Shown here piece after piece: positions 52,101-63,511 of a stretch of DNA of 64,000 bases. Positions within the stretch are counted from its first letter, which is position 1, and each line of letters opens with the position of its first letter. The position numbers and the translations under genes were made by a program. The notes under the pieces are model-generated. The model made no database searches and had not been told where the DNA came from. It was given only the letters and a program-made list of their open reading frames with translations. Location: NCBI GenBank assembly GCA_002633005.1, contig NMRA01000964.1, positions 1 through 64,000 of the forward strand, read 5' to 3'. The DNA comes from Phoronis australis. Taxonomy: Eukaryota; Animalia; Phoronida.

Positions 52101-55100
52101 CATTTCTGTAGCAGACAAAAGGTTGTTTGGCGCAGGAGAAGGCCTATGTCTTCAATGCTCAAAACTCAAAAACAATTTCGGCAGGCAAGAGACTTGGCAA
52201 GAAAACGGCACAGTTGAGTCCGGGCATTCTAAATGAAGAAGTGCAGCCAATTCCAATTAATCGGTGCAACTTCTCTCACCCGACGGCGTTGTTTCACGAT
52301 ACCGTAACCTCAAATAACGTCAAAGAAACGAAACGCGGAGGGTGAGATATTACAGAGTATTATTACTTATTCTTGGACACAGGTATCTACCTCAAAATGA
52401 ATTTCCCAAGGTCATTTTTATGCCGATAGCAATGTTTTCGTCAACTGAAGAAGAACAGGAATCATAGAATACCCGCGCGCTCCGTCTATTGTTCTGACAC
52501 TTCAAACTTTTCTCAACACGATAGGTAGCCGCACTAAGTTCGATGTTGAGCTCATTCTAATCTTCTCTGCAGTCCAATTCAAAGTCCGCTCCTCGAAATA
52601 GGTCTTGCTTAGCTGGAATTCAGAATTGCGGTCGTGAGAGTGTTTTCACCTCCTGATTGCAAAGCGATCGAGTTCGCTGAGGTATCTTCATCAGCGCGTG
52701 CTCTCAGCGGGAGGTCACCGCTTTATTAGCTCAAGGGCTCGACCAACAACTGACGAGAGTCTCAGAACTCCCACATGCAAATTTATGTGCAAATGAGGGA
52801 GTACTTGACTATTGAAACATCTATACATCGACGGAAAAGCTTAAATACCCGTGACTGCGTTTGGGAAGTTGCGATTGAGTGCGCTGAAGTCGATATTTTC
52901 AAAGTACAATTACACCACTGTTTAGGGTTGCAAAGTGAGTTTTTTGATATCCTTCTATAGAAAAAGCTTTAATCTCTCTGATAAAATCATCTGTTTCCTT
53001 TTAAACGAAACGTAAGTCCTGAAATTAATCGTGGGAAGGAGGCCAAAAACGGCGGTTTAGCTAGTTGTCCCTTCCTGGTTATCTCTTCCTGATAGCACGT
53101 GATATAACGTCACAAAGCGGTGTTTCTACTAATTCTTAAGCGGTCAACTTACCATACTTTGCGGTGGACAAATATTTTTATCTTTTGTGTAAGATGTCCT
53201 TATTCCCTATACCAAAAACCGACGACAATATCCCTGATATTGCACTGCGGCACTGGTCGGTCCCGTTTTTTGCGCCCAAGCGGTCCCGGCAGACAATGGT
53301 GACTTGGAGATATACGTCTCGTTTTTTATCACATAAGTCAGCCAAAGTGAAAATGACAACCTATTAATCGCCAAACGACTTTTACTTGCCAAGAAATTCT
53401 CAAACCCCTTTACTTGTTTCTGCAAAATGTGATTGGTCTTTCATTCGTTGTTGCCAAAGTAAAATGTAGGCCTACTCCAGCGTTTCGAGTGCGTGAACTC
53501 ACGCGTGCGCACCACTTCAAAAATGCACATCAAAAGAGAATAGTGACTGGCCTAAATGAAACAGTATACTGTAGTATACTGGTTTGGCTCTTTTAAGGAC
53601 CCGGATGCCAGTGGTTTATTTGAAGATGAACTCATACATTCCTGGCGGTTACAAAAGACCATGTGATTTTCGACATTCCCCGGGACCGATAGAACTCAGA
53701 ACTTAAATTTTCCTGATCCGATGTTTCCCGAGGTCGATGTTCCCTAAGCCCTATATTTTATGGCAGTGGCCAGCTCTTGAAACTAAACGGGTACTAGATG
53801 CGAAATTGTGGCTAGCGAACTTTTCATTCCTCTCACCATACACCCCCTCCCCCTGGACAACTTTTCGCTGCCTGCTGGACCACCGTCGCCGTAAAATGTT
53901 CAGACTCCAATAGAAAAAAATCTTGTTCGGGCTGAAGCAGGCAGTGTAGGGTACAGTGTAGGTCACCCCTACTAGATGGAGTCTGCCTCGCAAAATCGTA
54001 TTATTTTAACGTTTCTTGCCATTGCAGTCTTTTAATATCTTATTATCGCAAACACTCGACTACGCTCACGCACAAGCCTACTCCCTACATTTGAAGCGCT
54101 TCATAAGCACTCAGTAATCTACTAAGCTTCCCCCCTCAACTTTTGATAATTTCCAATTAAGCGCCCACTGTTCAGGCTAGCGCCCATCATACCGCACTAC
54201 AAACGACCGCGCGTGGTTTAAAACGAACACGCAGCCAAAATAGTGTGTTACTCTCATTTTACACAACAAAGTCAGTTTCAAAAAAGCGTCTTTTCTCATT
54301 AGGTAGAAACCAAATCCCGGCTTTGTTTTATACCTCCGAAAGAAAGTTTAAACTAGTGACTTGCGTGTCGTTTCGTGACTGCATTCCCGTACTTGACAGG
54401 TATTGAGGAGCAAACTTGAATTACCTGATGGCAACCCTCACGGAGTCGGGAATTATTTCGATACTATTCATTTCATGGAAAACTAATTGTTGAGTACGTG
54501 AACAGCATACGTACCACGCTTTTACTGCGAAATTTGCACTGAATTGTTCCCGCGCATCCAAATACATCAATCGTTTAGAGCATCGTTTCACGGGTGTTTT
54601 CGACAGTGCTTTTCAAACGACGAGTTAAGTTGCAAAATTTGGGCTGCGAACAAAAAGTAGAGGGAATTTGCCGAGTTAGTTGAGATCTTTAACGACTTTG
54701 ATGACAGCCAGTAGCAGGTCAGGCCTAGCAAAATCGCGGATACTTTTTCAACGGGTATTTTCTCCCTTTTCACATGGCAAACTTAGCTACTCGAATGCAC
54801 GTGTCAGTTAGAGAGCACTGATTAAACTTTCACGTCGGCAATTTGCCTTGCGCTCTAGGGCATTTCAATGGCGGTGGCGAAGAACAGTACCTACATGAAC
54901 GAACTCAATTTTGCGATTTGAAATTTGTGAGTATTTGACGCTTCAGGTAAGAGCATATTATTTAAACATTTTCTCGATGATACAAAAATCAATTTTGGAG
55001 AGTAAAAATAGCGGGAAAATTCTGCGACCTGGCAGTTATGAATGCGAGCTGGAATTTGAAAATGCGACCTGGGATTTTGGCTAGGTCGCAAAATGTGACC

Positions 55101-55499
55101 TGGCGATTTTAATAGCGTCGAGCCCTGTATCGACAAACGAGATCGCTTCAATGATTCTTTCAGCTGAACCATCCTAAAATGCAAATTTAAACATGACACA
55201 TTTACGCATCAATGCTATTCGGTACACCAAGAATTAAGCACTGACTAGTATTAACGCCTGCAACGTGAATTGGTGACGGTGACGGAAACTTAACACAGTA
55301 ACGACTATCATTGCACTGTGTAAAAGGCTTTCGATTTTGCATCTTAGTCATCGAAACACAAAAAATCCAGCATTGCGGCTATATTGAATCCCGTTAGTTA
55401 TCACTGATTTACGTGGACACGGACCTGTGCATTATTGGCAATTTCATACAAGTGTTTCAAAAATTAAAAATCTGACGTGTATTCCGTATAGTTTCATAC

Positions 55500-55766
55500 C
55501 TCCTGGTAGGTCTCCACATCTGCCACAAGCCAGCCTGCAATTCTTGTACATCCATCTGATGTTTTCATGACACTCTCCGGCGACAGCCCATGCGTAGCAT
55601 TCAGCTTCGTTTTTGTGTTCGTTGACGCACGTTTTGTCCACGATATCACAGGCTTTGCAACTTTTCCTGCAGTGTGCCAACATCCAAGCTCTTTCCAAAC
55701 GGCAATAGCCAAAGTTTGCAAACATGTCACAATCTTTGGAACTCCACAGATTCTCACAAATACCTG
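55500..55766 (-). CDS. Multi-ShK gene, exon 1 (first domain exon): two canonical ShK domains
   Basis: NAGNAG acceptor tttcag|cag|, donor G|gtatga, 267 bp. CENLWSSKDCDMFANFGYCRLERAWMLAHCRKSCKAC and CVNEHKNEAECYAWAVAGECHENIRWMYKNCRLACGRC. Confidence 0.93.
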
Positions 55767-55941
55767 CTGAAAAAGGAATTAAAAAATGGTGGCACTGTTG
55801 TTGTTTGAGCATCACTCATAGCACCATTTCTACAAGTTTCAACAAAGCCGTTGGAAGGAAATTAGTGCGGGTGCGTCAGAACAGTCACACCTGCAAATCG
55901 ATGCAAACACAATTAAAGAATTTGATCACTTTCTGCATTAC

Positions 55942-55996
55942 CTTTGAACGTACTGTCATATAACACGTAAAAAATGACTAACCGCCACAATTTTTT
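55942..55996 (-). CDS. Candidate signal-peptide exon of the ShK gene
   Basis: tttgttcag|KKLWRLVIFYVLYDSTFK-G|gtaatg. The phase-1 donor is compatible with the next exon, but the start codon is unresolved. Confidence 0.3.
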
Positions 55997-58582
55997 CTGA
56001 ACAAATTGAGATATTCTTTACATTAGAGGAACACCTCGTTAACCGAGACGATGTTTTACACGGATTTGCCCTGTCAAAAGCTAAAGACTACCATTTTAGC
56101 GCTACTGTGTATATCCGCAAAAGCGCAAAGAGACGACGTAATTTGTAAAAAAAAACGTATTACTAAGGCTCCGAGAGGGTAAATATACAGTGTACATGTA
56201 CCACATCCTTGACAGTCCAAAGGCCCGTACCATGCTTTGCGCACTGTTCTCCAAAAGGTTGATTGACAAAGGTTTTAAAATAACCCCTTTAATATGAGCG
56301 GCTATCAAAACGGATTCCCGATAAGTTTTGCTGAAGGGATGTGGCCTCGAGATCCAATGCATTACAGATCAACATAACGTCAAAAACCATATTTTAAAAA
56401 CTTTCATTAAGCCAAAAGTAAATTCTCAACTTTGTGCTTTCAGAACACCCATACTTTAAATGGTTAAAATCTTTATGTTGTTTAGATATTGGACTAAATA
56501 CGCACACTCGACGAGAGGTCCTAGTTAAGTTACACAATTCGGTGTATCTTAAGTGAGACCTGTTCCTCTAGTCTTAAAAGAGTAAAAACCTTAACGTGAA
56601 AACAATGAAACGATTTCAAAAATATGACCCGCCAAATTGGTTTCAAGACTAATGTTGTTCTTGGAAATCTAACTGGGGATTCGTTTGAATGCAACTGAGA
56701 TCTGTACTTGAAAAAACCCAGATACATATGTAGCTGAAACACATCACTTATGTCGGTCTGCATGAATCTCTGCAGTTGTTTGTCGGTTCTCGAATCGAGA
56801 GCACACCACTTTCAAGTTGACATTTCGTGGGTCCTTAGACTGTAAGACGTACATTGGACAAATATCAACAAGACTTGGTCCACAGCAGCTCACAGCAATG
56901 GCTGTCGCGAAGTTGAGCTATATAGTCCGATCTTAAGTAGTCTTAATTTTCATCCTTACAAATTTCATAAAAAATTGCCAATGAATATTTTTCTTAACCT
57001 TGCCTGAATTTGGTCTATCTCAAGACCGGTGTAATGGGGCTATTTGACGTGGTGTCGCTGCTGTACTATTGGTGATTGAATTGTCTGCATGTAAACAGCT
57101 GGTAAAAAGACGGAATTGTTACCAAAATACGTCGTCGTGATAAGCCTTATTATTGCTATTTCCCCGGTTGCAAATCTTCGACAGGTGGTCCCAAATTCCC
57201 AAAAGACCTAAGGTTTCTGCAAGGGCGGAAAATTGCGGTCAACAGGGTCCACCAAGTCACAAGAAGTTCGTGGATGACGAAGCCTCACGCCCCGTGTGTT
57301 TGCTCTATGCATTTCCTTTGAGAAACTACATAATCACGTTTCTTGGTAAGTTTTTAGCAATTAAGTTTCTATCGACATCGCTCAGTGATGCTATGCCCAC
57401 CAGTTACCCCACTGAACAAGGGGTTTATTCAGTGGAACTAAGTGTTTCTCTTCAGAAACTCACTCGGTACCCAGATGGTAGGCTAGCAGCACATACATGT
57501 ATCCACATAATTATTGTCCGGGGTGGGAGTGCTCCCATTATGAGAGGTGTATGGGACGTGCCGCCCAGAAGTCAATGGTGACTTTTTCACAGCAGTTACT
57601 TTTCAAAGCTATGCTATGTACAATAAAATTCTATGGATTAGTGAGTTTTCTTACTTGATTGCGGACCCCACCCCAAAATTACCAAATTAGTAACCAAATT
57701 AACGTAAATGAGCTAGTCAGTAACTTCGTAACATTGCGTTGGAATAAATATTGTCACCTAGAATGAACTTTATTTGTTGAGATCAGAAACACATTTTAGG
57801 CCTCATGAAAAATACACATTATTAAATCACTTGTTGTTTGTTTCAGATATTTTAATTCAGATCTTAAACAAGGCTTGGGTACAAATATTATTAGTTTCTA
57901 CATATAAATATGAAGATGGAATGTCAAGTATGTTCTGCATTGCAAAAGTAGTCTTGTCTTGTATTTGCTTTTATAATTTCCTAATATTTCTCTGTTGCAG
58001 GTGAGAGAAAACGACCGAAACCAGCCGCCTCACCGTCATTTTACCTTTCGACAAAGTGAAACAGCAGTCCTTCAGCAATAACCTAAGGGAATTGAACATC
58101 TCAGTTAAGAAAATCAGCCATTGATATCACTGATTATGGACTCATTTACATTGTGAAAATTACAATTGTTTTTAACAAATAATGTTTTTCCGTTGTACAT
58201 ATACATTTACGGTTGTTCAATACAGTGATTATTCTGGAATCTTGTTCATGGCAGATTCTTATCCAGATAGTTACAAACGAAACTATACTTTGCTTGCATG
58301 TGGAACTTTTGTTATAGACAAGTTGACACAAAACTTAAAACTCTTCAAAACCTTCTTAAGAAAGATCTAAATAGTTTCACACATAAACAAATCAAAGACA
58401 ATCGTCCCTGAATGTCATTTCCGCATAATGCGTACCAAGTTGAAAAATTATTACCATTAGTATAAAGCCTTTCTTCTGAAAGGAAAAGTTAATGTCACTC
58501 AGAAAGAAAGAACAGGTATTTATACCAGATGCTTTTGGTTTTCCTTTCACTGAGATCGAGTTTTAATGGCGCAAGTAAAAAG

Positions 58583-58853
58583 TGTTTTGTATCTTACTTT
58601 GTCCAATAAAGTAGACACTCTATGAACTACGCAGTGAAACGAACAGAATTGAACTGAACACTGAACTGATTTATTCTACATATCACAACAATATATATAC
58701 ACACAACTACATAACAACATATGATGCGTTACCTATGACACACTTCCTGTACTAGGAATCGCATGACATAATACCAATTAAACTACGAAACTCATAAACA
58801 ATAACAACCTACAAACATCCTGATATTGTGTGACTAAGCTGTTCACAGCAACA
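58583..58853 (-). mobile_element. Short LTR related to 63241-63511
   Basis: TG...CA ends, TATA-like and AATAAA signals on the minus strand, and high similarity to the LTR at 63241. Confidence 0.7.
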
Positions 58854-59499
58854 TATTTAGTCAAGTCAGGGTTATGTAATCACGTGTGGCTTGCTGCCTA
58901 GTCTAATGGGGCGACATCTGTTGGAGAAACTTTTACTATAACACACCCAAATTGGTTCAAAGGCCTTTGCACGTAAGACAGAGACAAGTTGACACTGCAG
59001 ACATAATTAAATTATAGCCAAAGCATGCAATAACATTCCTGGCTGGTCCAGTCTAAAATATATGGGGGGTTAAGGTTGAAATTCAATGTTGAAATTGATC
59101 GATAGACTCTTGCATCAAAAATACGCCATTTGAAACGTAATTTTTTCATAAACAGAAGTTTTTCTAGATAATCTGTTAGCATACAACAAAATTATAATCT
59201 TTTTCCAGCTGGTTTAAATAAAGATCACGTAGTTGGCATAGGTCAAATTAGTATGGTAGAGCCTGCGTTCCCCCTACATTTCAAGTTTAACTCTCCTGAA
59301 ATCCAGTCAATGAAACAAGTGATGGGAGTCACATTGTCTTTATTTACAGTCCAAACAGACAAACAGCAAATGAACTTTACATTATAGTATTAGACAGTAA
59401 CAAAATGTATATTAGGACGTCTTTCTAACTCAAACAAATAGGATATGCGTACAATAACTGAGGTCAGAGCAAGAAGGTAAGTCCAGTTGACCATAATTG

Positions 59500-60680
59500 T
59501 TATCGGCTGTAATTTGTTCTGAGCTCAGGTGAATTCTTTGTCCAGTGCTTTTTCATCACTGAAGTTAACTGCAGTAATGGGTTCCTAATTCCCACACATG
59601 TTATTTTAAATGTATTGAATGTTTTATGTATGGATTCCCCACCTTGCTCTCCAAGCAGTCCTAACCCAAATCTGGTTTCTCTCAAAAATGGTATGACATG
59701 ATCCTCCAGTACGTGCTGCTTAACTAAAATGCGAGAATCAGAGAATGCATATCTATAATATTTCAAGTATTTTCGGATAAACGGGTGAGAATTGTCTATT
59801 TCTTCATTTGACATGTAATTACTATGTGACAGGCTTTTATGAACACTAGAATACAGTCTGGTCAGTTTAGAAAATTTAGTACTGATTGCCACTGCTTTGT
59901 TTATTATACGCCTGTTTGTTGTCAGAGCCTGTGTTTTGTTCACAATTGAGTTGAATAGCACTGAGTATACATATTCAGTTATGTACGTGCTGCAGTGATT
60001 GCCAATGAACGATTTACCGTGATAGGCTTGTCTATCTATTCCAAGATGCTTTAATGCAACATCAAGGTGTTTAGTCACATGACCTTCTCCATAGGATAAA
60101 TTTACATTTGGATATTCGCCTTCTAAATGTGCTTTAAGTTCAGGTAGTCTCCGCTGAATATGCTGTTTTCTAGAGTTATTTCTGGCTAACTGCGCTATAC
60201 AGAATACCTCCTCTCCAACCTCTAATTCCTCGAATTCACCCTCCAGGTGACTAATTTCTCTCCTTAAGTACAATATTTTTTTCAGGCGTTCGACATACAA
60301 GTTATATAATGTGCCATTTGTTTCTTTCCCCTTTTAGCCATATCCCATGCTACCTCCTCATCAATTTCATGGCATTCAATTTCAAGCAAATCATGATGCT
60401 TTTTGATCACTCCTAACATGATGTGTAAATAAGGAATACAATAGATGTGTAGAGGTATTTCAAAAATCGGTTCATACACTACATTATCGTATCGACTTTG
60501 CTTTGATTTATCACCCCCCGGACTCTTCCAAAAACATTCCTAATCAAGTTTCAGTTGCGAAATTGTTCGACTAGGACCGTTACCTCTCTGTCGAAAGTTA
60601 AATTGTAAACTGTGCCGATCAGTCAAGCAAAGGAAACAAGTGTATGTTCCACTGGCACCTGCAAGACCATGAATTGTTCT
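59500..60680 (-). pseudogene. 5'-truncated DDE transposase related to Chapaev/Transib/RAG1 core
   Basis: Motif order HGLAGASGTYTCFLC ... PYLHIMLG ... RQAYHGKSFIGNH ... KQHVLEDH ... GLLGEQGGESIH. Two frame breaks; the last 266 codons are open. Confidence 0.8.
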
Positions 60681-60826
60681 TGTACATGTACATGCTGTAT
60701 GCTCACAAAAAGTCGATTTAATTTTGTGGATCACATCCGTATTTAATCGCCCCTTAAGATAAGTGCTTATACAGTGCAGCCGAAAACAACAATGAAATGC
60801 ATGTAATAACAATTATTCTTTGCAAG

Positions 60827-61063
60827 GAAACCAGAAGACATCTGGAGGAATCACGAGTGCACCAATTTCAACTCAGCCGGTGCCAAACGGAGACAATGTT
60901 GTTGTGAGTGGAGACAGACGAGACTGCTCGCACGTTTCAAATCTACACATTTCGAAAGATGCCAATAACCCAGATCGCGAATGTAAAGGATGGTCGGCTG
61001 GTGGCCTCGGCGGAAACAGTTACATGCAAAAAATGTGCCTCAAGACCTGCACCTGTGAAACGT
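60827..61063 (+). CDS. Inverted paralog of ShK exon 11 (orphan exon, one Cys lost)
   Basis: tttgcaag|GA...T|gtaagc, 237 bp, phase 1-1. DCSHVSNLHISKDANNPDRECKGWSAGGLGGNSYMQKMCLKTCTCET. Confidence 0.75.
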
Positions 61064-61525
61064 GTAAGCTTCCTGTACGACATTTTTAACTTAATTGTTG
61101 CCAAAAACACCGGGCAATGAAATCTTATACTCAAAAGATCGTGTAATAAGTTACATGTAACTGAGAGGAGATACACGTACTTTTATTATTAATAGGTAAA
61201 TAAAACAACAAGAATGGATCAACTGAAATTTCCGGATGTAATAACGTTCTTTGTCAACAGAAACAGAAATAAAGTAAAATCAAACACTATATGACAATTA
61301 ACATTTAAGATGTGGCGTAATGAATATGATACATTTTGCGTAAAAAATCAATGATATAATTTAAGAAGTTTTTATGTTCAATCCATCAGGTTCTATTGTA
61401 TTGAGCTTGTCTATCCAATATTATTCTCTTTTGAGTCTGTGAGGGGTACTGGGGTGATGGAGTTTTTCTATTATTTGTACAGAAAGATCTTGAATATTAT
61501 GGCTTTGCATGTTTCCTTCACTTAA

Positions 61526-63137
61526 AGGCGAAGGCAACCTTTTTCCATGTTATTTTGAGGTAAAATAAGGTGGGTTGGTTATCCTAGACACATTTTCCAC
61601 TTAATTACAGCTTTTCATAATTTTATTAATTACTCATCCGCTACTCCGGAAGTGACGTTTTAGGAGGCAAGCGTTTCCCGCCACTTGGTTTTGCGTTGAC
61701 TTTACCGTGCGAATCTTTAAAATTCTACTTTTGTTTTGTGCTGTTTTTCAACAATTGTCGCCACCACTTTCCATCGGCGAGTATTCTGCGGCAAGATAAG
61801 TTAATAGCGAACTCAACTACGTTGGATTTAGAGATTTTAGTCTGTTGTAAGGTGAAAATGGCTGGAGTCGGTGACCCGTATCACAGTGACAGTAGTGTGA
61901 GTGACGGAGACCTTGTTCACAGCAGTGGTGACGAGGAATTTCTTCACGGACATTCAGTGCGTGGGTACATGTTTGAGTCCGATTAGCCCGAGTAATAACG
62001 AGGCAGAGTGCGCACAGGCACATGCAGCTGTTGAGAGAAACGAGGCTGCTACTGAGGACAGACGTGGTGGCACATCTTGTGCAAATGCACTGTGTGCGTT
62101 GTTATGCCTACCTCAATGGAATGCTTATGCTGTTCAAAGTTCGACGAGGCCAACCCAATACTGGACATGGTTAAGTGGACCTCCGGCATACCACGGACAG
62201 AGGAACAACTGTCCCACTTGCCAGAGTGTCCCGCGACACACTCCCACTGGATGGTGACATGAGCATCCAAACTGCTTCCATCGTGTCGTGTGACTCCCTC
62301 GCCACACACCTGGCACCTTCTAAGTAGACAAGTCCACAATAAACTTATCAAAGATCCTGGGCCTGTAATCACTCCCACTACTCAATATCGCTGCAGGGCT
62401 GCTTAGAGGCTCTGGGCTGGAGAAAACAGCACAGGGCGAATCACTACTGGTTTCAAGATTTGCACGCTCTGGCGTACGTTCGGAGGCACACGTGACAGTA
62501 GATGAAGTGCCTCAACTGGCTCCAGTCACTGTACTGGCCACAGCTCGCGAGGCTTCTCTCTTCAAAAACGCACTTCTCGGGGGTGGTGACGGGGCACTGC
62601 CGGGAATCAACACAGACGGATTGGCATCCTTCTTCAGGCGTCGTTTCGCAGGGACCTTCGTCAGTTCAGCGTACAAATCCCTTTCGTAACCGGAGGGCAG
62701 AAAGGGCTTGCAACACACACGGTAATTCGCCACTGCTTTGTACGTTACGTGGACGGATAACTCTGCATTCTGCACACGAACGAGCCAAGTAGGGCGAAGT
62801 GTGTCATCCATCGGAAAGCGATGCAAAGGTACTCCCAAAGCGCGCGTGAGCCGACAATTAGTGCATTCCGGTACGCAGCAACAGTGTGGCATCTTGACTG
62901 ACTAGTACTGTAAATGAAAGCAAACGACGACGGAACTTAATACAACCAATGTAGAACAATGACTGACTCGGCAGCTCTCACAGTCAGACTATATGAAAAG
63001 AAATTGGCGCGAAATGCTTGTCTCCTAAAACGTCACTTCTGCAGTAGTGGACGAGTAATTAAGTGGAAAATATGTCTAGGATAACCAACCAACCTTATTT
63101 TAGCTCAAAATGACATGGAAAAAGGTTGCCTTCGCCT
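61526..63137. mobile_element. Kolobok internal-deletion element, family A, copy 2
   Basis: TTAA TSDs at 61522-61525 and 63138-63141. Same long TIRs; KolX-like remnant (+, from 61858) and THAP ORF (-, 62512-62892). Confidence 0.92.
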
Positions 63138-63240
63138 TTAATGTCACTCAGAAAGAAAGGACAGGTATTTATACCAGATGCTTTTGGTTTTCCTTTCACT
63201 GGGATCGAGTTTTAATGGCCTATAGAAGCGCAAGTAAAAA

Positions 63241-63511
63241 TGTTGTGTATCTTACTTTGTCAAATAAAGTGCCACTGGGCACTCCATGAACTACGCAGTG
63301 AAACGAACAGAATTGAACTGAACACTGAACTGATTTATTCTACATATCATAACAATATATATACACACAACTACATAACAACATATGATGCGTTACCTAT
63401 GACACACTTCCTGTACTAGGAATCGCATGACATCATACCATTTAAACTACTAAACTCATAAACAATAACAACCTGCTCTCATCCTGTTATTGTGTAACTA
63501 AGTACACAACA
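63241..63511 (-). mobile_element. 3' LTR (271 bp) of a Gypsy element
   Basis: Terminal inverted repeat TGTTGTGTA ... TACACAACA, adjacent to the internal region. Confidence 0.75.

Noticed and set aside
57300-58080. + strand donor (57346) and acceptor (58000) as the start of the paralogous ShK gene
   Set aside because: No convincing coding frame links them to the 60827 exon.
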